A program made the position numbers and the translations under genes. Below the pieces are notes generated by a model. The model was not told the origin of the DNA, did not search any database, and saw only the letters and a program-made list of their open reading frames with translations. 64,000 nucleotides of DNA from NCBI GenBank assembly GCA_918797485.1, contig CAKKNE010000001.1, forward strand, positions 3,162,001-3,226,000, in the 5' to 3' direction. Within the stretch, counting starts at the first letter, position 1. Each line of letters starts with the position of its first letter. Shown piece by piece: positions 31,396 through 40,124 of this stretch. This stretch comes from Pelagomonas calceolata. Its lineage: Eukaryota.

Positions 31396-32189
31396 ATGCT
31401 GGTATAACTTTCAACACCACGCCGCTGCACCGGTCTGGCGCCGGTGCACAGTCGGCAGCGCCACGCGGAACAATTGCGCACCACGCTGCCGGCTTTGCCC
31501 GCCTCTCGGTGTGCATAGCTGCAAGGAACGAGGCGGGCTGCATCGGCCGGTGCATCGCGAGCGTCCGGAGAGCCTTCGCGGCGTGCGACGGCGCGACGCT
31601 CGAAGTAATTGTGGCGGATGGCGGCTCAACGGATGCGACGGCGGACATAGCGCAAGACCACGGCGCGGCGGTCGTCGCGTCTTCCGGAGGCGGCCGCGGC
31701 GGCGCGTTTGTGGATGCCGTGGCCGCTTCGAGCGGCGACGCGCTCCTGTTGCTCCACGCCGACGCGACGCTCTCTGAAAATGCCATCGCGGCGCTGCCGC
31801 GGCGCTGGGCCGTCGTCTGCTACGCGCCTCGGTTCGACCGGCGGGGCCCGCACTGGCGCGCCCTCGAGGCGTGGTGCGGCCTCGACTCGGCCTGGTCGAC
31901 GTTCGGCGACGCGGGGATCGTTCTGCGCCGCGAGTGCTGGGACGCCGTCAGCGGCGGCCCGCGCTGGCCGCTCTTCGACGACGTCGAATTGTTGCGGCGG
32001 CTCCGGAAGCGCGGTTTGCGGGTGGTGAAGCTCCGTTCCGCCCGTACGACCTGCGACGCGCGGCGCTTCGACGCCGCCGGCTTCTACGCCTATTTGTGGA
32101 CGTGCTTCCGGTTGTTGCTGCGATACCGGCTCGGCGGGGACGTGTATGAGCTCGCGGAGGCGTACGCGCGCGGCAATCCGGCCTCTTAG
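31396..32189 (+). CDS. GT2-family glycosyltransferase (TIGR04283-like); predicted micro-exon 31396-31401 and intron 31402-31451
   Basis: LSVCIAARNE, VIVADGGSTDAT, LLLLHAD, FGDAG, PLFDDVEL, DARRF. The main ORF has no ATG; a 50-nt GT-AG intron supplies ATG CTG in frame. Confidence 0.75.
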
Positions 32190-32452
32190 CCTGTAAATCG
32201 TTTTTTTTTGTGGATGAATACTGGCTAGCGGTTTGTAAGACACTAGAAAGCTAGATGCACAAGACATTGACGACGTCGAGCAAGAAAATCCCCGGCCGAC
32301 GGCGCGAGGCTTACAAGACATTATTACAAGCTCGTACTCCGGTCACAGATAGGCGCAGTAAAAGCTCGGCCTTCCGCAGCGCCCGGAATGCTTCCGCAGC
32401 GCCAGCAGGCATCGCGACAGCACTTTGTCACGGACATTTGACCTGTCCAAAA

Positions 32453-34186
32453 ATGGCCACCTGCACGCTCACGTATGGCAACGACACGCACTCCTTCCCC
32501 CTGGATTCCAGCGGTGCGAGCTATTTTAAGCTCTTGCGTGAGGCGCGCGCCGCCTTCGCGCTTGACAACGTTGGGATTAGGATCAAGGCCGCGCCGGGCC
32601 GCTTGAGTGCAGTTCCCATGCTCAAAAAAGCAGAACTCACGGACGGCGCCGTCGTGTTTTTGGACGATTACGGGCTCGATTACGAGCTCTTACGCTCCGG
32701 TTACGGGCTCTACACGCTCGAGGAGTCCCGAGGCACGTGCGTAGAACACATCCACTGGTTCGAATCGCCCCAACTAGTGGTCGAGACCCCCGTGCTCGGG
32801 CCGCCGGACCAGTCGGGCTCGACCCTCCACGCCACCTCCGCCCCGACCTCGTCGCCGGTGACGGGCACCTTTCAGATCTACGTAAAGACGCTGACGGGCA
32901 AGGCCCTCACGCTGCGGGTGACGAGCTCGTCGACGATTGACGACGTAAAGCAGAAGATCCAGGACAAGGAGGGCATCCCGCCCGACCAGCAGCGCCTCGT
33001 CTTCGAGGACAAGCAGCTCGAGGACCGCGGGACGCTGCGCGACTACAACATCCAGCCGAAGTTGACCCTCCACCTCATTCTCCGCTTGCGCGGCGGCATG
33101 TACACCCCGCCATCGGCGCAGGGCGGCCTCCCCAAGACGTTCACGGTCATGACTCCGAGGGGCGGCGAGCACGAGGTCACGTGGACCTTCGAGAGCCTGG
33201 ACGACGTCATCGAGCGCGTGCGGAAGATGGACGAGGAGGAATACGCCTGCGAGCGGCGCGCGGGCGAGGACGACGCGGCCTACATCGCGCGGCTCAAGGC
33301 CCTGGCGGAGGGCTGGCGGCGGGAGGCGAGGGAGATAGGCGCGGAGGAGGCGAAGAGCGCGTGAGGCGCGGCGCCGGCCTTGGCGGAGGCCGAGCTCGTG
33401 GCGCTGCTGCGGCGCGAGGACGCGGCGCGGCGGGCGCCGGAGACGCAGAGGCGGATGGAGGAGGCGGAGCGGCGCGGCACGAGCGACTGGATCGAGGTCG
33501 CGACGGCGGTGCAGCGGCGCGTCGCGCGCGAGTCGTTGCCGGCCGGCGCGAGCGAGGGAGACGTGGACGCGCGGGTTACGGCGGTGCGGTACGCGGCGCA
33601 GCGCCACCCGGAGTGTTGTCATTGGGTGCGCTTCAACCGCGCGCGTGTCGGCGATTTGCGGGAGGGCGACGCGGCGCCGGATTGTAAGCTTTGGCATCTC
33701 GATGGCGCGGCGACGTCGCTGCTCGCGGACCGTGACGAGGCTAAGCCGCTCGTCGTGGTCTCGGGCTCGCTCTCGTGACCGCCCTTCCGGCGCATCGCGC
33801 CGGAGATCGACGCCATGGCGCGGTCGCCGGCCGGTGCCGCGGCGGCGGACTGGCGCTTCGTGTACGTGGCGGAGGCCCACGCCCAGGACGAGTGGCCGCT
33901 CCGCTCGGCGCGCTTTTCGGCGGACGGCCAACCGGTGGTTGTCGACCAGCCGAAGACGCTCGACGCGCGCCTGGGACTCGCGCGGCGCTTCAAAGCCGAC
34001 TACGGTATCGAGTCGCCGCTCCTCGTGGACGACCCGGCCGACGAGGCGTTCGAGCGCCTCTACGCGCCGTGGCCGCTGCGCCTCTACGTCGTGCGCGGCG
34101 CGACGCTCGCCTGGATCGCCGAGCCCGACGGCGCGACGTTCGAGCCGGCCGTGGCCCGGCTCCGCGCCATGTTCAACCTCGAGTGA
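32453..34186 (+). CDS. Ubiquitin-domain / iodothyronine-deiodinase-like selenoprotein; in-frame TGA at 33362 and 33776
   Basis: ORFs 32255-33364, 33380-33778 and 33815-34186 are one frame separated only by TGA codons. Ubiquitin unit at 32870-33097; deiodinase motifs [38 protein letters not shown]. Sec at 33776 is well supported; readthrough at 33362 is inferred. Confidence 0.8.
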
Positions 34187-34199
34187 GGCTTCCTCTCCC

Positions 34200-34259
34200 G
34201 CGCGACCCGTGACGGCGCGCGGCGGCTACATCCTGGCCGCCGCGGGCCCGAATCCGCGC
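34200..34259 (+). promoter_or_regulatory. Eukaryotic SECIS element (GUGA core)
   Basis: GTGAC (34209-34213) / CGAA (34249-34252) quartet; helix II 34214-34226 pairs with 34236-34248 (12 of 13 Watson-Crick); helix I GCGCG (34200-34204) / CGCGC (34255-34259). Confidence 0.8.
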
Positions 34260-34301
34260 CCCTGTGTGCTATCTAAGAAAGAAGAAGATATATCACAAGT
34301 C

Positions 34302-35717
34302 TTACAATTCCTCCCCGCGCTGCAGCTTTATCAACGCGGCCGGCACGTTGTCCTCCGTGTCCCCGTCGTCGTAGTCGATATCATACGACCCGTCCCCATG
34401 ATCCGAGACGACGCGGCCCGGGTAGTAAACTAAACCTCCTTTCCACCGCGCGGCGATCTTCGCCCCGACCTTGAGGCCGGGCGGCCCGCGCACAGCCGGC
34501 AGGTCCTCGTCCTCCTCATCTTCTTCATCCTCCTCGTCGTCATCATCCTCATAGTCGTAGTAGTCCTCCTCCTCGACTTCTTCTTCTTCACTGTCCTCCA
34601 CAGGGTCCAGCGCGACGCAAGTCACGGGTCGCGTCGGTTCATCTTTGACAAAAGCCGCATGGCCGCAGAGCACGGGCGTGGTCACCTTGAATAAGTAGTG
34701 GCACGTCCGGTCTTCGACGATGCTTACAAGTGCATTCGTCTCGCCGCAAACGAGCCGCGCCGTCGTCGACCGCTTCCTGATCACACCATCACCTTCCACA
34801 TCGACATCACACGCTGTACCACCTTCATAAGTAACCTCGACGCGCGGCTCGTCGCCCTCGACCACGACCACGTCACTTGTAGACGGTTTCCGCCTTTTTT
34901 CCATCCTATCCCCAAGCGAGAACTCGGCGGCGACCTTGGCCTTCTTCCGGCCGTCAGAAGCTTCGACGGTCTCGACGTGGAACTGGCGCGCATGCGTCCC
35001 GTAGCACAGCTCGAACGACCACCAGCCCTCGTGGCGCTGCAAACACGTGCCATCCAGAGCTTTTAGTAACTCAGACGCAGAGGCGTTCCTCTTCTGTGGT
35101 TCTGGTTGCGTACACAACGAAGGTGAACAGACGACAACCTCATAATTACATAAAGACGTCTCGTCGACGCTCACCAGGTACGTCCTATGACGCCTTCGTT
35201 TGTCGGGCTCGCAGCACTTGAACGTGACGTTTGTCTGTCTCAAAGTGTTGGTCTCGTGGCAGATCTGGCCCTTCTGGTCGAACACGTCGCGCGCCAGGGC
35301 CGGATCGGCCGGTGCGTCTTGTGGACCAAGGTTGCCCTTCACCACGGTGCGGGAATAGCCGCCCAGCGACCAGTCCGGATCTATTTTAGACCCCTGCGCG
35401 TGGAACTGCCGCACGTGCCGCCGGTGGCACCACTCGTACGTCCACCAGCCTTGACTTAATTTGGCGCACTGGCCGTCTAGAGCTGAGAGTAAGGTGGTGA
35501 GGGTCTCGGGCTTCTTGTCCGGTGTTTTCTGAGCTACTTGACTGGCCAGGCGCGCCTCGCCGGCCGAGCACTCGTAGCGCGCGCCCGACCGGCTCACCAT
35601 TTTCATTCCTGACCAGCTTTCACGAGAGCTGAGGAGCTCTAACGTTAATTCGCGGGGGTCCTTGCCGGCCGCCGCGAGGAGGAGGAGGGCCGCGACGGCG
35701 GCGTGGAGGCGCGGCAT
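34302..35717 (-). CDS. OS-9/ERLEC1-like ER lectin with two MRH domains, acidic linker, Tudor-like domain and EEL retention signal
   Basis: Signal peptide; GWWTYEWCHRRHVRQFH and GWWSFELCYGTHARQFH; C-terminal VGAKIAARWKGG..YYPG.V......YDIDYDDGDTE; ends GEEL. Confidence 0.88.
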   Translation of the reverse strand: MPRLHAAVAALLLLAAAGKDPRELTLELLSSRESWSGMKMVSRSGARYECSAGEARLASQVAQKTPDKKPETLTTLLSALDGQCAKLSQGWWTYEWCHRRHVRQFHAQGSKIDPDWSLGGYSRTVVKGNLGPQDAPADPALARDVFDQKGQICHETNTLRQTNVTFKCCEPDKRRRHRTYLVSVDETSLCNYEVVVCSPSLCTQPEPQKRNASASELLKALDGTCLQRHEGWWSFELCYGTHARQFHVETVEASDGRKKAKVAAEFSLGDRMEKRRKPSTSDVVVVEGDEPRVEVTYEGGTACDVDVEGDGVIRKRSTTARLVCGETNALVSIVEDRTCHYLFKVTTPVLCGHAAFVKDEPTRPVTCVALDPVEDSEEEEVEEEDYYDYEDDDDEEDEEDEEDEDLPAVRGPPGLKVGAKIAARWKGGLVYYPGRVVSDHGDGSYDIDYDDGDTEDNVPAALIKLQRGEEL

Positions 35718-36102
35718 GTTTCTGCTGGCCGACAGCTCTGTGGCTGGGCACTGGTCAGGAACTGGGTGACAGGAATCGCGGTTGGCCGAGGCGCAAGGGG
35801 CTGGCTGGCGGCTGTCGCCAGCGAATCTGGCGGGGCTCCGAGCGCCGCTCTACGCGCGTACAGCTAAGTTCTCCGGAGAGTTGCGCTGCGGAGCTAGCTG
35901 TAAGGCACTAGGAAACGAGGTCTCCTCCTTTACAGCGGCCGCGTTGCCCAACAAACTCATCCGGAGAGGGTAATTTTGCATTTTTGGCGCCGACGGACCC
36001 AACGTGCGTGCAGCGTAGCCGAAGACCGGGCGCAAAACGAGCCAGAATAGCAAAACACGAGAGCCCCACAGCGCTCGAGTACCACAGCGCTCGAGCGCAA
36101 GT

Positions 36103-37434
36103 ATGTGTGGCCACGCCGGCCTCACGGTGGGAGCAGGTGCCGTCGGAGAGCATGTAAGAAAAGCAGGCTGTCCAGTCGACCAGACGAAGCCGGCAAGCTA
36201 CGACACCGGCACGAACAAGACGGCCAAGAAAGGCGCGAACTACCCGGCGGTCGTCCAGAAGCGGGACTCGCTCTCGCTGGAAACCAGGACCTTCGGCGTC
36301 GCCCGCCTCCGGGGCACGCACTGCGTCTTCGACGGCTGGATGCAGAAGCCCACGTGGGCCAAGGCCGCCAAGAGCGCGACCGGCCGCTGCGCCGTCGTCG
36401 TGACGTCGTTCGTGGAAGGCATCACGTGCCGCCGACCGGATGACAAGGTGTTTTTCATCCTCGCGCTGGCCATCGGCGACGACAGCTTTGTGATTCTCAC
36501 GACGGACGCCAAGGAAACAGCGCTCCTCGGTGAGCGCGCGAAGAAGAGCGACGGGTTCGGGTCTGGCCGGTGCCCGCTCTACGCCAGCGGCGAGCAGGCG
36601 GCGAGGTGGTGCGCGTCGGCGTCGGCGGAGGATCCCACCGCCGTCGCTGCCGAGATCGAGGCCGCGGCGCAAACAAACGCGCTCGGACTCGTCACCGGCG
36701 CGGCCAAGCGCGGCGCCGTGACGCAGTCGCGGACGCTCCAGGACTTCTGGGGCGCCGCGCCCAAGAAGAAGGCCAAGGCGGAGTCGGCGTCGCCCCACTT
36801 TGCAAAAACGCCCGGGGCGCCGCCGCCGCGCCCGCGGCTCAAGGAAACGAGGCTCGGCCGTCCGATGGCCGCCGGGCGACGCGACTTTGGTCTAAACCTG
36901 CCGGCCAGCGCGTCGCGCGAAGCCTACCGGAACGCAGTGGGTGCGTTCCCGGGCATGGCGGCCCACCGGCGCTCGGCTCAGGCCGACCAAGGCTTCGAGT
37001 TAGTAGGCGTCCAAACGGCGGAGGAACGCTCAGAAGCGAACCGCCAGCGAGCGGAGCAGGAGGGCAACGTGCTGGAGGTCGACGACGACTCGAGCGCGGT
37101 AGCGGCGCCGCCGAGCCAGCCGGGGCTTAGCGCGGTGCAGCAGGCGAGAAAATCGGCCTGGAGCTCGCGCTTCGATCATACCGAAGATGTGCCGCCGGAC
37201 GTGCGGCGGGCGCGCGAGGCCTACGACACCGCCGACTACAACATCTTCGTAAACACGGGTCGGCACATGACGGCCGAGGAGCACGCATCGTTGACGGAGC
37301 TCGACATCGCGTTCGCGCGGCCCCACGAGGCGTCCGCCGAAGCCCTGGAGCGCGTCGCCCAGGCGCGGCGCGCGGCACGGTCGGCAAAGGTCGTCGGCAA
37401 AGGCGAGGACTCGGAGGTCATCGAGATCGACTAG
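36103..37434 (+). CDS. Divergent SRAP/HMCES-like abasic-site processing protein
   Basis: N-terminal MCG(H), GRCAVVVTSFVE, SFVILTTDA, GRCPL; tail with PIP-like SRTLQDFW and SIM-like EVIEID. Confidence 0.6.
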   Translation: MCGHAGLTVGAGAVGEHVRKAGCPVDQTKPASYDTGTNKTAKKGANYPAVVQKRDSLSLETRTFGVARLRGTHCVFDGWMQKPTWAKAAKSATGRCAVVVTSFVEGITCRRPDDKVFFILALAIGDDSFVILTTDAKETALLGERAKKSDGFGSGRCPLYASGEQAARWCASASAEDPTAVAAEIEAAAQTNALGLVTGAAKRGAVTQSRTLQDFWGAAPKKKAKAESASPHFAKTPGAPPPRPRLKETRLGRPMAAGRRDFGLNLPASASREAYRNAVGAFPGMAAHRRSAQADQGFELVGVQTAEERSEANRQRAEQEGNVLEVDDDSSAVAAPPSQPGLSAVQQARKSAWSSRFDHTEDVPPDVRRAREAYDTADYNIFVNTGRHMTAEEHASLTELDIAFARPHEASAEALERVAQARRAARSAKVVGKGEDSEVIEID

Positions 37435-37475
37435 GCCCCCAACAACCCCCTGTACGTACGTAAGTGAATGTGTGC

Positions 37476-40124
37476 TTATTGCGCCGGCTGGAGGATGGCC
37501 GACCCGTCCGGCGCGTCGCACGCGCCCTGCACGCACGCGAGCGTCCGCAGCAGACTCCCCGGCGTCGACTTCGCGGCGAACCACCCGTCCTTCCGCTCGC
37601 CGCACAAGCCCCGCGCTGATAAGGCGCGCTCCGCCGCGCCGACCAACATGTCGTCGCCCCTTGATGCCGCGAGCCGCACACTCAACAACCCGTCTGCGCC
37701 TATCAAACCCGCTCGTTCGAAGCCCGCCGCCGGGTAGCCCCGGGCCACCCTAAATTCCACCCTCAAACCGGCAGGCCGCACGGAAGACGCGACTCGACAA
37801 TCGACCACACAATCGGTCTCACCGAACGCGACGCCTCGCACGTCGCAGCGGTGCTCCAGCCGAAACAGCTCCTTGGCGAAGCGCGCTAACTTGGAAGCGA
37901 ATAATGATAACACTTCAACATCGTTGCCCATGACCTCGAAGGACCGACCGCCCGACGCCCGCGGGTGCAGCCACGTCGCCGGCGCGTCGAACAGCGCCGT
38001 GGCACACGCGTCCGTACCTCTAGCTTTTCGTAAAGCTTTCAGCATCAGGTCCTTGTCGTCGTCGAGGCGCTCCCTCCGTCCCATCAATCTGTCGGCAGCA
38101 ACTTCCACCGAGAGCCAAGTGCCATACAACGCGTGCGGGAAGTCCAGAATACCATCGGTACGCGGCGTCCAGGGCTCCAGGCCCGCTGCGAGTTTCGCCG
38201 CGATCGTCGCATCCCAGGTCTCTTCACTAATACCGGATCGCCTCCGTTGCTGGATGGTGTGCTCGGCATCTTGCCTTAACCGCTCCGCCTGGGCATCTAT
38301 GTTATCCCCGGCCTTCTCCTGCTCGCTAAGAGCCGTAATCGCGTCCATGCACTCGCGTTCGCGCTGCTCCACATCCACCCTAGCCATATCAAAGGCCCGT
38401 GTGATGCGCTGGTCCGCGTCCGCACTAGCAGCCAGTACGACGGTCCGCCCAAACGTCTTCGCGGCCTCGACCACGGAACTCGCGACCTCCGGCGCCACTC
38501 TTGCAGCTAGCTCCACGTCACTAGCGGAAGTACGTAATATGTTCGCGGATCTTCGTCGGCACTCGTCCGCGGCCTCGCGGATCTTCGCAGCGGCCTCCCG
38601 TAGCGCTTGCGCTTCGCTTCGCGCCGCGAGCGTAGCCGCAACCAACGCGCCGTCGTCGTCGTCTCCTGTTAACTCCGCCGCGGCCAGCGCCGCCGCCAAT
38701 TGTCTGCCAGTCTCGTCGTCCGCGGCGACATCGCCCGGAGCGTCTTTTGAGAGCGACGCATCATCTAAGCCTAGGGAAGCGAGTAGTTGCGTCGTATCTA
38801 GCGCCGCGTCCTCCATCGTCACGTCCTCCTGGGGCGGCGGCGCCGGCCGGACCGCCTCCAACATCGCCCCGAGGTCGGCCTCGAGCTGGACCGTCTCCGA
38901 CGGTCTTGCGCGCTGATGCGCCGGCGGTAGAGCGAGTAGATCCCCCAAATGATCTTCGAGCGGTATGGTCGGCTGCGGCGTGCTCCGGTCCGAATCCGGG
39001 CTCGACTCCTCGACGACCGGCGATAGTTCCGGTCTCCTCAAGTCACCGGTGAGCTCCATGGCCTGGGCCCAGGACCTTCTAGGTGCTTGGCATTCTTCCG
39101 AATCCGCCGAAGACGTGTCCGACGCGTCATCATGATCAAAGCGGCCCGAGGCCCGTCTTGGACTCGTGAGCGGCCGCGGCCCGCGCGTGTCCCCGTGGGC
39201 GATGGTCCACCTTGCTAGTGCTGCCGAGTTCTCGATCGTGTGTCTCCTTTCTTGTGAAGGAGGTGGCGGACTAGTAGCGCGAGAAGGAGCAGAGGACCTT
39301 CTCTCAACGTCGACGGTCTGGGGCCTCCTCGATTTGAGGGCCGACGGCGGGTCGCTCCGCTCGAACTCCATGGTAGTAGCTCCAGCAGCAAATGTCACGT
39401 TCTGGGGCGAGGCCGACGGCCGCCGCTTCTTCGACGACGAGAGGCACGATTTGAGGCGCGGCGGCGGCGCCTCCGGAGAGCGTGGGGCTAGATCAGCCTC
39501 CAACGCGAGAGCTTCGGCCCTACGTCTAGCTGCGACCGCATGGGCGTCCTCCGCGGGCGGCGTCCCTGCTGGTAATAAAGCATCACCCTCGTCAAGAGCC
39601 TGGCCCGGATAGGGCAGGTGCGCCGCCGCGCTCACGAACTCCAGACCGGTCCGCGCCGGCTCGCCCGTGTCCTCGTCCAGCAGCTCCGCGCGCGTGCCCA
39701 GCAGCTCCTCGTAGGCGCGCGCGCCCGTGCCCTTCTTGGGTGGGGCTATAGATTGCCGTCGTTGGGGCGGCTGCGAGACCGTCCTCCTCAATGCTTCAAT
39801 TTCGCCCTCGGTCGCCGTGCGGTCATTGTCGTCTCGCGGGAGCGCGGGCCCGGCCCAGGTGCGGTCGTCGTCGCCACCAGAAGGGCCGAGGCAGCGCTCC
39901 AATGCCCTTACGGTCTCGACGTCCGCGGTCTTCCTTCTCCCGGAGTCTTCGCCTCCCACAAAAGCCTCGAGCGCCGCCGCGGCCGACGGGCTCAGCGTCT
40001 CGCGCGGCGTCTGGGTGGACCGGCGGCGGCTGTTTTGTGGTGAGGCCGCGGCGCGCTTCCGCTTGCGCGCGTCGGTGGTGTCGTCTCTCCTCTCGGCGTT
40101 CTCGCCGAGGGGGCGTGCCTCCAT
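37476..40124 (-). CDS. KNL1/Spc105-like kinetochore scaffold
   Basis: LKSCL...NVTF (SILK/RVxF-like PP1 docking pair), AMELTGDL (MELT), disordered N-half, coiled coil, RWD-like C-terminus (LRVEFRVARGYP). Confidence 0.6.
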   Translation of the reverse strand: MEARPLGENAERRDDTTDARKRKRAAASPQNSRRRSTQTPRETLSPSAAAALEAFVGGEDSGRRKTADVETVRALERCLGPSGGDDDRTWAGPALPRDDNDRTATEGEIEALRRTVSQPPQRRQSIAPPKKGTGARAYEELLGTRAELLDEDTGEPARTGLEFVSAAAHLPYPGQALDEGDALLPAGTPPAEDAHAVAARRRAEALALEADLAPRSPEAPPPRLKSCLSSSKKRRPSASPQNVTFAAGATTMEFERSDPPSALKSRRPQTVDVERRSSAPSRATSPPPPSQERRHTIENSAALARWTIAHGDTRGPRPLTSPRRASGRFDHDDASDTSSADSEECQAPRRSWAQAMELTGDLRRPELSPVVEESSPDSDRSTPQPTIPLEDHLGDLLALPPAHQRARPSETVQLEADLGAMLEAVRPAPPPQEDVTMEDAALDTTQLLASLGLDDASLSKDAPGDVAADDETGRQLAAALAAAELTGDDDDGALVAATLAARSEAQALREAAAKIREAADECRRRSANILRTSASDVELAARVAPEVASSVVEAAKTFGRTVVLAASADADQRITRAFDMARVDVEQRERECMDAITALSEQEKAGDNIDAQAERLRQDAEHTIQQRRRSGISEETWDATIAAKLAAGLEPWTPRTDGILDFPHALYGTWLSVEVAADRLMGRRERLDDDKDLMLKALRKARGTDACATALFDAPATWLHPRASGGRSFEVMGNDVEVLSLFASKLARFAKELFRLEHRCDVRGVAFGETDCVVDCRVASSVRPAGLRVEFRVARGYPAAGFERAGLIGADGLLSVRLAASRGDDMLVGAAERALSARGLCGERKDGWFAAKSTPGSLLRTLACVQGACDAPDGSAILQPAQ

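Noticed and set aside
32774..33931. Long antisense or alternate-frame ORFs (also 3956-5071, 37873-38916, 46722-47750, 49161-50456, 52125-53318, 63001-63972)
   Set aside because: Shadow ORFs of GC-rich genes; Arg/Ala/Pro-rich with no motifs, and they overlap well-supported CDS.
34184..34186. Third in-frame TGA as another selenocysteine
   Set aside because: Only about 23 nt from the SECIS core; read-through would translate the SECIS itself, and the deiodinase-like domain is already complete.
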